Below are positions 12,926 to 26,060 of a DNA stretch of 64,000 bases, in pieces (position 1 is the stretch's first letter; the number at the start of each line of letters is the position of its first letter). Origin of the DNA: Ascidiella aspersa. Taxonomy: Eukaryota. The stretch spans positions 9,672,001 through 9,736,000 of the forward strand of contig OZ004614.1 of assembly GCA_963924565.1 (NCBI GenBank), given 5' to 3'. The translations under genes were made by a program, and so were the position numbers. The notes beneath the pieces were generated by a model. It did no database searches. It had not been told where the DNA came from and saw only the letters and a program-made list of their open reading frames with translations.

Positions 12926-15747
12926 GGTTATGCAAGAGGTACTACTGGTATGTGCGGTTATCTTAGGTCAGTAAAACTTGGGATTTAAAGCACGTCAGCA
13001 GAAATCACCCAGACGTCAAAACAGAGTTTGAGCGAATTTACACTAGAAGTCAAGACGTTTGTTGCCAATATTGCATTTTTTTGTTGTCAATATTGCATTA
13101 AATCCTGTTTAGGCACGCCATTGGCTATAAAAAAAAAACTATTTTCTCGATTTGTGCGACTTGCGTCATTTTGGGTCTGGTTCGTCTCTCTTTGACTGTC
13201 ACTCGATAATGTGACAGCTAATGAAAGCGTGTGGTCAGACTAATACAGTTCGTGATGCGTAATGTTTAGGCATTTTATGAGTAGGCCTATACCCAAACAA
13301 CTTCCCACCGTTTCAAAGGCTCACTTGTGCGTGTACTCAGCGGGCGGCAAACTTGAACTTGAATGACTCCTAGCAACAACGGGACTATTGCTCTAGCAAA
13401 AGGCTCGGTAATGGCTCTTATCCCTTGAACCTTCTTTGTTGTGTCTTGGTGTTCTTAAAGCTGCACATTGTTGTAATTCCGGAAAAGTGTGTAATGCCAG
13501 GCTTATTAAACAGATGTAAATAACTATAGGATGAAATAATAGGGCGTTTAACACTAATTTGGGAAAAGACGAGCTACTGTAATTGAACTCTTTTCTATTA
13601 AATCTAGCTTTTTTATAGGCGATTGTAATGGGATAGTAGATAACCTTGCTACGAGTTTTTTAATCATTCGTATACGTGAAGCCCCCAGTGATACGCCAAA
13701 AAATAAAAGTGTTACGCCAGAATTTTTTCTCATTCTCTTTGGTTTGGTTTGCATGGTTTTGCTGTTGTAAGGAATTTACCATTAGCGTTGCTTTTACGCA
13801 GAATGGTAAGTGGTGTTCGGACACATAACCATGGTAAACTCAATGTCCATGTATTCAGCTATAAGGGCTACTCATAGCTAGAAAGGGGATTAATATTCGC
13901 GTCTTTCTAGCAAAAACTATATCAAGTTACTTTGTCTATGTTCATCTATCAAGTTTCTTATTAGGCCACTGAAGAATAGAGAGCAGTGTAGTTTAAGTGG
14001 CTAGATGTATTGAGATTAGTTCTGGACAGTATTTCTCAAAAATTGAGAAAAAAATTAGAATTTAAAAAAAAAATTGCAATTGTACCACATTAAATTAAAG
14101 TTACTCATGAAACAACATGATCAGTGTTATACGAAACGACACGCGTTTTTCTTTTGCGCAAATGCACGCGTTATCTCTTCGGTATATACCGCCACCTCAT
14201 TATAATGTAATCTTTCCGGCGTCTGTCCGGACTAACTCGGAAGCAAAAACAAAACAAGAAAAGCAGCTGTTTAAAATCGAAATGAGTCACCGCCTTCTGC
14301 CGTGTGAAGAGCGACGGAAAAAAGTGTCGCCCACGAGAAGGCGTTGGCTGATCATCGCCGTTAAAAATCGAGCGAATTGAGCCAAAAGTCCCATTACGCG
14401 AAGGTGATTGCTGCATGAGGCATCTGCGGGGCCCGAGCCAAGAGCCATGTTATACACAAATGACGGACGATTGGTCGCGTTTAGCTCTTGTCAAGCCTTC
14501 CAAACTGACTATAGGCCCTTTTTTGTGTTGTCTGTAGAAGGCAGCGGTGCTCATCCTGTTTCAGACGTATCTCTCTATTAGCAAGGCTTCCATCCAGGTA
14601 GTACGCGAGCAGCGCTTGGAGTCTTTGTTCGGGACAATTAATGCAAGTTTAACACTACGACTATTGCCGTGGAGCTTTTTCTCTATTTGCCACAAAAAAT
14701 CGAAAAAATCTAAATACCAGGATTTTTAAAGTCATTTTAACCTTAGTGAAATTGAAATTTGGGCAGAAAAGTCTTCTGACACCGCGTATTACGCCGCCAC
14801 AGCGAAATCACGTATGATGAGAAAAGACAAAGAAAGTGTTCAGAATCCCAAGTGTAACGCTATTTTGAGTGTAAGCCTCCGAATAAGCATTAATAAATTG
14901 ATAAAATAAGCCTTTAGTACAATAATTTAATTTAATAAAATAAGCATTAATAAATTGCAAGCTAGGTTTGGCTAAATATTGCTTCTCGCAGTGATGTCCG
15001 ATAATATCGGATCAGAGCCAATACCCGACAACAAGTAGTAGTATCACTACTGTTTCCATACTATAGGGTACAGTCGAAAGCGAATGTGCTTTTAAACTAC
15101 AAAGAAACCCTTTTCCATGAAACCACCTAAAATCATTTAATTTTCTTCAATTTCATTTTATTATTGGATTATTTTGTCACTACAATGGCGTATTTGGTGT
15201 CAGAGAGGACAGTCGTAATTTTTGCTAAAAATATCGGGTATCGGAATTAAATGCGTAAGATTAAACATCTTTTGTACTGACGTTCTAGATGTGAATGCTG
15301 TAAACGCGTTTCGCCTGCAGATTCTTCGTTTTGTTTTTATTTATAATACGATCAATTTTGATAAACACTGTCTTATGACCTATAAAATGTCTAAAACCTT
15401 ATCCTTATTTCTTTTGAGCCATATTTCCCGTCGAAAGTTAAATAGCCTTTGTGAGATTGTGGCAAATGACTAGATTACAGACTATAGATGAGATGACACA
15501 ATATTAAATTTGAACCGAATTTGTCGCAAAGCGTATATACAGTATGCGAAAAAAGTTGCATTGGGCTCCAGCATTTCTTAAGACTCTGAAAAAACTTGTT
15601 ACCTCCAAAAGGTTTGGTTTATAGCGTAATAGATCACAGGCATATCTGTTTATGAGGCTAAATGATTTTTGATCAGTCGCTGTAATGCAATATTTCTCGT
15701 GGGCCGTTACTCTCATGGCGCGCGTGGGCCGCTACCCAAAATTAGGT

Positions 15748-15800
15748 CACACACACAAACACACACACACTCACTCACACAAACACACACACACACACAC
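15748..15800. repeat. (CA)n microsatellite, imperfect
   Basis: Read directly from the sequence. Confidence 0.95.
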
Positions 15801-17955
15801 CGTTGTCAAGCCTACTGTTCAATACATTTAACAAAGAACGATTATTATTAGTTTCCGCTTGCATTTTTAATTGACCTGGAACACTGACTTCATTACCTAT
15901 TAATAGGTGGTAATATTCGTGAACCATAAATTATATTAGTTGTTTCCCAAATAAATACATTGGAAATGCAAATTGAATAACGTATATTGTCAGCGTAGTT
16001 ATGCATTATAGAGCAATCCGCATCTTAAGTGTTCTATGTGGGAGCCAAGCGGTTAATACCTTATGAGGGACATTATTTATTTATTACCAATTTTGTTCGT
16101 GATATGGCGGGCATCAGTAATATGCGACAGAGTGGGATTCGCCAATTCATTCATGTGCCTTTTCAAGGGCTGTGTGCAACAATGCACGCTTGCAAATTCG
16201 CACACCGATGTGCATTCTGCAAGTGGACAGTTACACTTACCTGATCGTGACTTTAAAAAACTTAAAATTCAAATTCTCGGTTGGGCTTGTAGATATTTTC
16301 GTTTAAGCGAATTGCAAAGAAATTTTCGTTAATAATGTATACCAATCATTGTATTGAAAGACAAACTTGCAGCACTGTTTATAGATAAGAGTCATTTCGC
16401 CAGAAACGTCGATCTCCAATTTTTATGACTTCGATATTCCTTTTTATGAGAGGAAATTATGGGTTTTTACGTTTGAAAAGAAGGGACAGAACAATCCTGA
16501 TTTTCGTTGGTATATCATTAAAAACCCGACCTTAGTGATGTTTGCTTGTTTTTTGCTTGAAAAACACGTTATATTGCATATGAAGTCTCCCGTAAATCGC
16601 TGTGTTTTAGAACCGACGTTTGGGAAAAATAAGGGGTTAACTTTGCCAGAGAAAAAAGTCATAAAAATGATAAAATGCTATTTTAATTGGTGTTAAAATA
16701 TCGATGACTCAATGTTTCTTTATATATCCATATGTGGAATTTCATGTACCCTTTAATGGCCTACATGCTGGTTAACTAAAACGTTGTTGACGATTAAGGG
16801 AAAGAGGAATTGTTTTTAATATTTGGACTTGGGTAAAAAAGATTAACATTAAGAACCACATTTAAAAAAGTTTATGGCGATTTGATAAATTAACTCTATG
16901 CATGGGCAACCGTCCTCCATTTTGGCGCTTTCAGGATAGCTTTTTATCTGGAATCTTTATATGGAAAACTGTTTATAGCACGACATTCAACCTTAAACAG
17001 CTTTCATGTATGTTTTGTTGGGCTTTTGCAAACTTATTAAAAAAACATAACACTATTTATCTTTAGTGAAGACAAAACATCATCATATTACTGTATCATC
17101 TTATCAAAAACTATAAATTTAGGCACTAAAATGAATTTCGTTTTTGTGACTCTTCTAATCAACTGGTGCTTGTTGTCTAGCTGACAGGATGCCCGGCGTT
17201 GGTGTTAAGGGAGTTTCATTTCCCATAGGTTAACTGATATTCGGCGACCAAAATCTTACTGTCGTGCATTAATAGCGAAACGACCAAAAACCATAGCGCT
17301 AGCGTTAAAAGGTACATCGCAATAGTTGTTTGCGGTGTCTTATACGGAAAGAGTCTTTGGGGCTGTCAGCCCAAAAGATGTTTATTATAATAATAAGGTT
17401 ATATTTAGTCAAATTGGCTCACTCACTACTGTTCGGAAACATTTTAGCGAGGAATTGTTTGTTTGTGTTCAGTCACCTGTACATTGCACCGGTCTATTTT
17501 CAACCTTTTTTTGCGACCTAATTAATTTTCTGTAAGTTTACAGCGAAGCTTTGGCGACCCAATTTTATTAACTGAACATTTTGTGAACGTAAGCAAGTAC
17601 AAATAAGACAAAGCACTAACAAAGCCAAATGTAATTAATATAAGCTATGCATTCATATTGCTATCATGAATTCGAATTAAGCGGTGCCCAAATTTTGGGT
17701 CGCGACCCATGGATTGAGAAACGCTATATTACGTCATTGATGGTTTATCGTTACAAAAGTACTCGGCTTATAGAACAGTTTAAGTTATGAAGGGCATTTC
17801 GTTAAAGCGCGATAAGCGGTTTGGATAGCAAAAACGCTCAAAGCAAATGTATAATCCTAAATGTGTGATCACTACATGTTGTGATTTGCTTTTAGTTTAA
17901 GTTGTATTCTTGAGTTCAACCTTTTAAAGTTCAATATGAGATTGATGTATTAAAG

Positions 17956-18424
17956 CAGTGGTTCTCAAATATGGGTCGCGACCCAAACATGGGTCGCGCA
18001 GGGTCAAAAAATGGGTCGCTTTATGGTGATTCAATCCTGCGCAAACGAAATTTTTTTATTTCATTTTTCAAGTATTTTTGATTCAATCATAACTGAGTTA
18101 TTGTATGATAAGCTTTTCACGTGGCTTCAAATGTGTAACCTGGATTATTGCATCATAATACGTTTTATGAACGTTTTGGTGGCAGCCAGCTACAGTATAG
18201 CCATAGCCAACTCCAGTTTCATCAATCACACTAAAATAAATCAATCATTTGTTTGTAATCAATCTTGTTTCATAGAACTGTGTAGGCTACTATATCTGGT
18301 TGTCGTGTCTTTTTTTATTTCATGCATATCAGAAAATGTACATTTTTGATGTTTGAGGCTTGGGTGGTGAGATGCTCATAAAATTCAGATTTGGGTCGCA
18401 CTCAAAAAAGTTGCGGAACCACTG
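17956..18424. mobile_element. hAT MITE (GGGTCGCGACCC family)
   Basis: CAGTGGTTCTCAAA...TTGCGGAACCACTG, perfect TSD tattaaag, GGGTCGC subterminal repeats. Confidence 0.88.
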
Positions 18425-20792
18425 TATTAAAGGGACGTAAAACCTAACCTTGTTAATAAATTACCCGATCAAAGCCAGTATTAAGCAAGGACCGCGCTTG
18501 CATATAGTTAGACGTACAGGGTCTAGAAATAGCTGCAGACAAATGCACTGCCGTCGCTGACGGTTAACCGACTTGTCTTGTATCAAGATCACCACCAAGC
18601 TTAAAAATGTAGGTGTGACGCGTATCTATTCTCGTCGCTACACGGTCGTGACACGTCCGACAAATGATTGAAGGCATCCGCCGGGCGGTCTTCTGAACCA
18701 GTGATTTTCAAATATGTGTCGTATTACATAACGCGTTCTGACAGACGCCAGCCAAAATTTGCTAAGAGTGCGCATTGAAATTTTTCTTGTAATCAATTCA
18801 AAATCTGTGTTCGTCTAAAGCAGGGGTTCTTAAACTTTTTTAACGAGGACCTCCAGAGTAGTTTTGGTTCGCGTGGTCCAGGGTCGGCATAAAATGTTAT
18901 ACTTGACGCCGTAAAACAAGCATAGAATTAAGAAACCTGCTGTTTTCGGTTGAAAATAATTATGTAAATTTATACCAAAGAGTCTGAATACATTCAAGAA
19001 GAAGACGCCAAAGCATTTTTTAATTAAATTATTTTCTTTCAAAAATCTAATTTCCTTTTTTTGAATAATTCAGTAAAATTTTAATTAGGCCGCTAAGAAG
19101 CCCCTTTTAGTCATTTTTGCTATGGAAGTGTCTTAAAACGTAGCAACGTAAAAGCTTGCCAGCGGAAAAGTACTTGACAATAGCGCTTTTGGATTTTAAA
19201 GTAATGTGTACTAACGTTTTAAAGCAACAAACGCCAACCATTAATGACGGACATACCAAAAACAACATTGCTTTTCAATTTAAAAGAGGCAAGCAAGTAG
19301 GTTACCCGTTACATTTTAGACTTTTCAGTGAAACGGACAGACGGCCACTTTTCAATTACCGGAAATAGGTCTTTTTAGCCTGAATTGGCGACACGCCTAA
19401 ATCACGATAGTCGTGTTGCTTTTTGACTCGTATCGTTGTATATTGGTTATAAATGTGAGCTATTAGTGCACACAAAGTGTGCAAAATATAGGATGAATCT
19501 ATTTTTGTTCGCTTTAACGGGCGGCCGGCTCAGTATACTCAACTATACGCAGTTTAGTTAAAGTTCTATTGCGGTTTTGAGAAGATGATTAGGACCAAAA
19601 GTCATAATCGTCGATTAAGCTAAAAATCGGACCAGTTTTTGTCAAAAGTTGCGTTTGATCACATTCTATGATAGACTGAGCTTTACAGGTTATGCTCAAC
19701 CGAGAACACGGGTGGTTTCTGCTGAGGTGCTGAATCTAACACTGTTTGGATTACCGGCACAATCTTTGCATCCGCACATTAACGAGGCGCCCTATTGACA
19801 AAAAACCACTGCATTATGCATTGGCCTATTTATAGAGGTCTATCGGTTTTTAGGGCACTGTTTTCCATTTCGTTGATATTCCAGTTAAATGTTGTGCGCT
19901 TAAACGCCCGATGATCCTAAGATTCAACCGACAGACTAGACAGATCGATACACGCGGTGTGGTCTTTGCTGAAGGCTCTAATGTGTGTCCATTAGCTGGC
20001 GCATTTTTGTCGGACACAATTCGTTTTTAAGCAATCACTTGTCGTTCATGCGGGAACACACAACAAGATCTATATAAAGCAACACCTAAGAAAAAATGTC
20101 TAGAAAGTCATAATATTATGACGACATAAATGCAGTAATAACTACGACGGCATAAGGCGAATTAGTCATAAAGTTGTAGGTGACGTTTGAGGAAAAGTAA
20201 ACTGAATTTTAGGCATTATTCTTATTCCAAAGAATACCTTGTTCCGACTATTAGGTATTCGGCCTGTTGGTTGTATTTCGAACTGTGTTTAGCTGGAGCA
20301 CGTGCAGATTGCAGCTGTATGAGCAGGACCGCGGATCATCCCTTTTAGAGGTCCTAATTAAGCACTTAAGATTTTAATGCCCGATATGTGTCACTCAAAA
20401 CATAATTGAGGGTTAAGTATGATTCATTTACATGATTTTTGTTTCGGAAATACTTATCACAACTGTAAAAACATTCATAGAGAGGTTTAAGTCTTTAAGA
20501 TGATACTTAAATTAAATCATCTTTTATTTAAAGAGGGTTATATGTGTCAACCGGGCTACAATTGAGGTCTCAGTCGTTTGACCAACTCTAAATATTTTAT
20601 TAAACACTGAGGCCCCTTTGCGAATTCGGTTATGAAAATTTCCTGTGGTGTATTTTTGTGGTTTTCTGTGCTGAGGGGCTACGAAAAAAAAACTATGTTC
20701 AAATAGTAATACTCAAAGTTTAAAAATCAGATTGAATCAATGAATTTGTGAAAACGAATTAAAGTAACGGATTGAATAAATTTATTCGAATT

Positions 20793-20833
20793 AAGGAACT
20801 GACGATGCCAGTATAGGCGAAATATATCTCCTT
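20793..20833 (+). ncRNA. Minimal type I hammerhead-ribozyme-like motif (Penelope-type), copy 1 of a ~160-bp repeat
   Basis: AAGGAA-CTGACGA-T-GCC(agtata)GGC-GAAA-TATATC-TCCTT. The repeat continues to ~20952 and recurs at 35991-36167. Confidence 0.55.
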
Positions 20834-22883
20834 TGAAAAATGTCTGATCCTGGTTTTACTCGGGTTTTTAAACAGTTTGTTTTAGTGTTAATATACGCGT
20901 CAGCGGAACAGTGATCATGCAAGCAGAAACTCACTGACATAAAGATACGCCCTTTATATATAAGTATAGATATTTCTTAAATGAGGTCCACTCTGGCATA
21001 TGATGTCACACCAACGTCATTTTATGGGGTTTCGCCCAAAGACACATTTTAATCGTTATCTAACCCAACAAAGAATCAAAAACAAAACGACTGTGTTTTG
21101 AAAAGGTACCATTTTTCAAGACGTCCATCGGTCATTAGCATTAAAATGAAGGTGGACACATTTTCGAGAATGTTCCGTGGTCGCGATACATTATTTATGC
21201 CCATGTCGTTGCCGCCTGAACCTAGATTTCGATGTTCACAAGGTTTCAATCGCTGATCGCCCGTGTGCGATGGGTCCTTTGGGAGCGGTGGCCGTGTCAT
21301 TATATGGTGTTACATAAGGATAAGCTGGAAAGAAATCGACAGGCGCGACATAACATCTCATAAGCACCAGGGCGACAAGAGATTGTTGTCGGAACTCCTG
21401 GGGGCTTTGATCTGGTTGCTCGATCGTAGAACTGTAATTTGAACCCTTTACAGGGACGCTAAGTATTTCGCTTTCAACCATGATTAACCTGAAGGAAACG
21501 TCAACGAGATAGCGGGCCACCGGGTTAAATGAAGGACACCATTTCAAAAAAACAAAAACAATACGTTTTTTGAAAACATTTGAGGAAATTAAACCGGGCA
21601 GCAAATATTCCAATTTGGCGACCAACTAACGTTTTTTTTTGGGGAGGGGAAAGTTTACAATCTGGATTTGCAATTTTCCATTGTTACTAAAGCGTCATTA
21701 ACGAAATGAATCATGCACCCTCATTTTAGCCACTTTACCGCCAATTACCCTTTTTCGGCAAACTGTTTGCTATACTTAATGATTCGGTCAAACAAAACAT
21801 GATCGTTAAACTTTAGATTCATCCCTTTTAATTTTTGGACCTAAAGTTGCCCTTTTTAATTGATAGTTATTATCATCACAAAAAATAGTTAAGTTTCCCA
21901 ATTTAGAAAATTTGCTTGTGGTTTATGGGTATTTCGCTATCATTAGAGCAGCTCAATTTTTCGCACTCGATTTCGATGCATGAAACTATTAAGACTTGAT
22001 CATTAAAACAGTATAGACTTTCTTGTCTCAGTCAAAATCAGTCAGTTTATAAAAGAGAAATATATTTCGCCAATCACGGCATCATCAGTCTCTAAAAAAC
22101 GAATACAAAATAATGTTAACACGTAAACCAGGTGGTAGAATTTAAAAATAATGGGAAAATAATCATAAAACCTAGAGCAACAAACTACGCGACCAGGTTA
22201 AAAATATAAAAATATAGAAGATAAAAGTTATAGGTATAGGGCTATAGAAGACTTGATCATTATAAACTTTTTCTAGGCTATGTTTGGCGTGAAAAGTGCT
22301 TGGAAATCGTTACTTCGGTTCGGTTAGAAATGCTGGGTTGTCGTCTACAAATAAACAATGGGAGCACTTTTTGATGTTTTTGTTATCTAATCTGAAAGTT
22401 TTTGCAATATATAGCTATAGTAACACTGGCGGCTGGTGCGCTTTGAATCATGTTGGATGCAACTTTTTGTTCAGTGTTGGTGAATCGAAATTTGGACAGG
22501 TCGATTTGTCACTTTATTGCATTTGTTTTCTAACTTAGAAACTAATGATGTCTGACATGCAGATATATATGCGACTATCGTAAGAAATTGAAGAAAATGG
22601 AAAAAATATTTTCTGGCTATACTCCTAGTTTTATTCAAGTAGTTTATGACTTTTTGTTTTCAACAAATAAATTAGCATTGTGTGTTTCGTGAGGTTTCAA
22701 ACGGCATTTTGAGTTTTAATCGATCAAGCATTTCAACTTGACCACAACTATAACTATTGGGACTTGTTTCGAATTGTCGAATTTTAAATAGCTTGAAACA
22801 TTAAGTACGTTATGCACGGATCTGTAATGTAGCTTAATAAGGAATTTAAATCCTAAAATGTCGATTATATTGACATCATCTTG

Positions 22884-22925
22884 ATTAAGACGTTTCCATA
22901 CCTGCTTGCATCATCATCAGTAAAT
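22884..22925 (-). ncRNA. Minimal hammerhead-ribozyme-like motif (Penelope-type)
   Basis: Minus strand reads TTTA-CTGATGA-T-GATGC(aagcag)GTATG-GAAA-C-GTC-TTAA: intact core, GUC triplet, ACGT palindrome as stem III, imperfect stems I and II. Confidence 0.5.
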
Positions 22926-23275
22926 GTGACCGGAACACATCCAAACCTGACTACTTTAAAGTGGAAGACTTCTTAATTAAGATGACATCGATTTACTCGA
23001 CTTTTTTGGATTTGAAATTCATTATAAAATTAAAGCATTAAGGTTGACCAGTCAGTGTAATTTACGAATACTTCTTGTAAATTTTGGACTAATTAATCAA
23101 ATCCACCCTCAGATTAAGGATTTGTAATACAGTTTATTACATTTTACATAGTTGTTCAAGTTTGTGACTGACAACTAAGCATTAATCTGCTTCAAAACTG
23201 CACGGTTGCTCGATAGGGCATAAAGCTTATAAAGCTGGAAATGGTTCGGAATGGAAAGCCGTGAAGCCAATAGAG

Positions 23276-23806
23276 ATGATGTCCTTGGATGAATTGGCAA
23301 GTGCGGACTATGACTTTACGCACAGCAACAGCAGCACTAGTGAAATCGGCGGTCTTTCGGTCGTCAAAGCCAACCGGGTCGTTCTCGAACTTTCCGCCGC
23401 ACTCGTCACGCTCGCAGCGCTTTACCTCCTCTGCTGTCTGTCGCTCTACATTCGCGACAAGCGAAGCCGAAGCGGCAAGAAGCCAGGTATGCTGAAACTT
23501 CGCAACGAGGTACTTTGCCTTGTTTCAGCCACCTTTCTCTTGGCGCGCTGTCTCTGCGAGCAGATAGGCTTTCTAGCCAGCACCACGCCCGTCTGTGTGC
23601 TGTACAAGTACATTTACACGATCACCTACCATTCCAGCATGATCCCGCTCTACCTTCTGCTCTGGCTGCGACAGCGAAAGCTCTGCCAGGACAAGAACCT
23701 CAAGCGCCTGCTCTCGCCCTGCCTACGCAAGTTCAGTAAGGTGGTCTTCTTTGCCTACGTCACTTTCTCTGTGGCGTCGGCCTACTTCTACCTTTACATG
23801 TTTGAG
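23276..23806 (+). CDS. Orphan 7TM (GPCR-like) receptor, exon 1 (N-terminus, TM1-TM4)
   Basis: First in-frame ATG at 23276, GC-rich codons, N-glycosylation sequon NSS, four hydrophobic helices, Cys at the top of TM3, WLRQR at the TM3 end, donor GAG|gtacgc in phase 0. Confidence 0.8.
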
Positions 23807-23969
23807 GTACGCACTGGGACCAAGTTGTTGTTGTTTTTTTTATCTGAAACCCGAATTTGTGCATTTAACTGGGCCAGGTATATCATAATTTTAAACCGAG
23901 GCTGCATCCTGGAGGGCACGAGACAATGCTCCCCATCCCTTAAAAATGTTTTTTTCCATTTTTACCGCG

Positions 23970-24490
23970 AGTCAAACCGAACCAGAACTGGAATTTTATG
24001 AACCGGTTTTGTGCCAGATTTTCTTAAACCGTTACCGAACCTGAATCGTTTTTAAAAGATTTTAAAGTGCCGAACCGCAACTGAACCGCATGTTTAGAAA
24101 CAACCCGAACGTTCACTGTCAACAAACTCCAGCAAGACGTCACAACTTGTATATTATATCTAGTTATGCCACGTTCGAAATCGTAAAAAAAACATATTAA
24201 TTAAACAGGGCTATTTTAAATTTCAATAATCAGTTGCTTGTTTTTTAATACCTTACGAAACCTATTCAATAATTATTTTCTACATTCAATAAACAACAAT
24301 TTTAGGTTTAACGCAATTCATATTGTATACGAACTGGAACATTATTAACCGGCTTTGAAATTGAATTAAGTCAAACTGGAGCTGAACCGGAATTTTTGAA
24401 TTTCTCAGAAACCGAAAGTGAACCGGATTTCGAAAAACCTTAAACCCGAGACCAAACCTGAACTAGAAAAGTCCAAATTCTCGAAACCGC
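23970..24490. mobile_element. Decayed DNA transposon with AACCG subterminal repeats, in the receptor intron
   Basis: Dense GAACC(G)/AACCGG units at both ends of the interval. TIR and TSD not resolvable. Confidence 0.45.
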
Positions 24491-25442
24491 GATTTTAAAT
24501 ATACGTAAACACAAAAATGTTCCCGCTGAGTGCAAACCCGAATTACCTTTCAAGTATGTCTATTTTTAGAAATTCTTTTAAGCCCAAAGGTGCCGTGCGT
24601 CTTCTCCGCAAACTTTAAATGGCACAAGGTTTACGAAAGACTTTAACGGGATAGAAAGCCTAGGTCACATTGTCACGTCTATTAGACCGGTTGTTGTCAA
24701 TTCTTGTTAGCCGATGGACTATTTCCCAGGCTATAAGCTTTAGTGTATGAGGACTCAAATGGGAATAGTAAACAGGCTGATACGGCACTGTAACAACAGT
24801 TTAGAAATTAAAAGCGATTCATTTAAGGGTTATACACTTTGCATTTTTATTCTATCTTTAAATGTATTTGTTCCTGCTTTGTTGTACCATTTTAGTAACA
24901 TGTCGAGCAGTTCATTTACATCGCATAGCTGAAAAAGACAGCCTAAAACAATTTAACAATAGATAGGTATCTCGTGGAAAATCAACGAACATTAACCATT
25001 TTTTATTAATGCGATGAAGGCTATTTATCCTTTGTTTGTTACCGTAAAAAATGTTGAAATGTTTTTAAAACGAATCTCTTTGAATTCGTTTAATGCCATA
25101 TTAAACTTATTCGAACCTCAAAACATTATGCTCACGAAAGTTGAATGCACATTGTAAAATAATACCATGGTTTGATGTTCGATCCAGAATTTAGCTGATT
25201 ATTGCAACTTTGAAATATTCATATATGGTCAATTGCTCGCCAGGAATTTACATCCAAACCTCTTCAGTCTATAAAGTTTATTTTACTTTTAAAAAAATGC
25301 CATTGTTACGTAAAAATAGCAACAAAAAGAAAGAAATCTATGCGCTTGGTTCGCACGTATACATTCGTGCTGAGTTTGATTTTACCAAAGAGCAAAACAA
25401 AAATGACGTCATATCTAATATACGATGACGTTGAATTCGCAG

Positions 25443-26060
25443 GTGGGAATCTCGGACTCGGGCTGCGTCCACGACCCGAAGATGTTCGACGAGCGAAACG
25501 TGAAGATCGTCAGTTCCGTGGCTCCTCCGTCCAAGGTCATAGCCGCCGTGGCGCTTTTCTTCTCAGTCGGTCTTCCCAGTTTCCAAGTCCTATTCCTCCT
25601 GCTTTTTCTCTACCCTTTGGCGCGGCACTATAACCCGTGCCGGACGCGTGGGGCAGGATCACAAGAAGAGAACGAAGAAGATAGGGCCGGGGAGACTTAC
25701 CAGCGGGCCGCTCCGATCCGCGCGGTCATGAAGCGCTGCACCAAGTGCACCTCGGTTTGCGTGATTTTAGACTTGCTGCTTTTCGGCTGCTACTCGCTGG
25801 TCTACCACGGCCTCATCTCGATCAGTAGCTGGTCGCTGCTGGTCAACTTGAGCGGCGCCACGCACAACGCTGTCATCATCTACTCGCTCAAGGACTGGAA
25901 AGGCATCCTGCTGGTTTGGAAGCGCAGCCGCCGGTTGGTGAGGCGCCGTTCACGGCACACCGGCGTCGAGTTTGTGACCGCGGGCCAGAGCGGCGACAAA
26001 TTGCACATCCCCACCACCGCCGCCATTAGACCGAAGATGTCGTCCACCACCATTTTGTAG
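25443..26060 (+). CDS. Orphan 7TM (GPCR-like) receptor, exon 2 (ECL2, TM5-TM7, C-tail)
   Basis: Acceptor ttcgcag|GTG in phase 0. Contains ECL2 Cys (SGCVH), TM5 ...FQVLFLLLFLYPL, acidic ICL3, TM6, TM7, SLKDWK, basic tail and stop TAG. Joined protein is 382 aa. Confidence 0.8.
   Translation: MGISDSGCVHDPKMFDERNVKIVSSVAPPSKVIAAVALFFSVGLPSFQVLFLLLFLYPLARHYNPCRTRGAGSQEENEEDRAGETYQRAAPIRAVMKRCTKCTSVCVILDLLLFGCYSLVYHGLISISSWSLLVNLSGATHNAVIIYSLKDWKGILLVWKRSRRLVRRRSRHTGVEFVTAGQSGDKLHIPTTAAIRPKMSSTTIL

Noticed and set aside
14538-14597. Possible 60-nt exon (ag|KAAVLILFQTYLSISKASIQ|gt)
   Set aside because: No partner exons or homology recognised, and the donor is weak.
16330-16756. Kolobok-like element ending ...GTACCCT-TTAA
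   Set aside because: Only one plausible end. The matching TIR and TSD could not be established.
22-20000. Many 60-110 aa ORFs in the ORF track
   Set aside because: AT-rich, often with non-ATG starts, overlapping MITEs, with no recognisable domains or consistent splice chains.
23807-24001. C-terminal 64 aa of the listed 246-aa ORF
   Set aside because: Read-through into the intron. Composition turns AT-rich after the GT donor at 23807.
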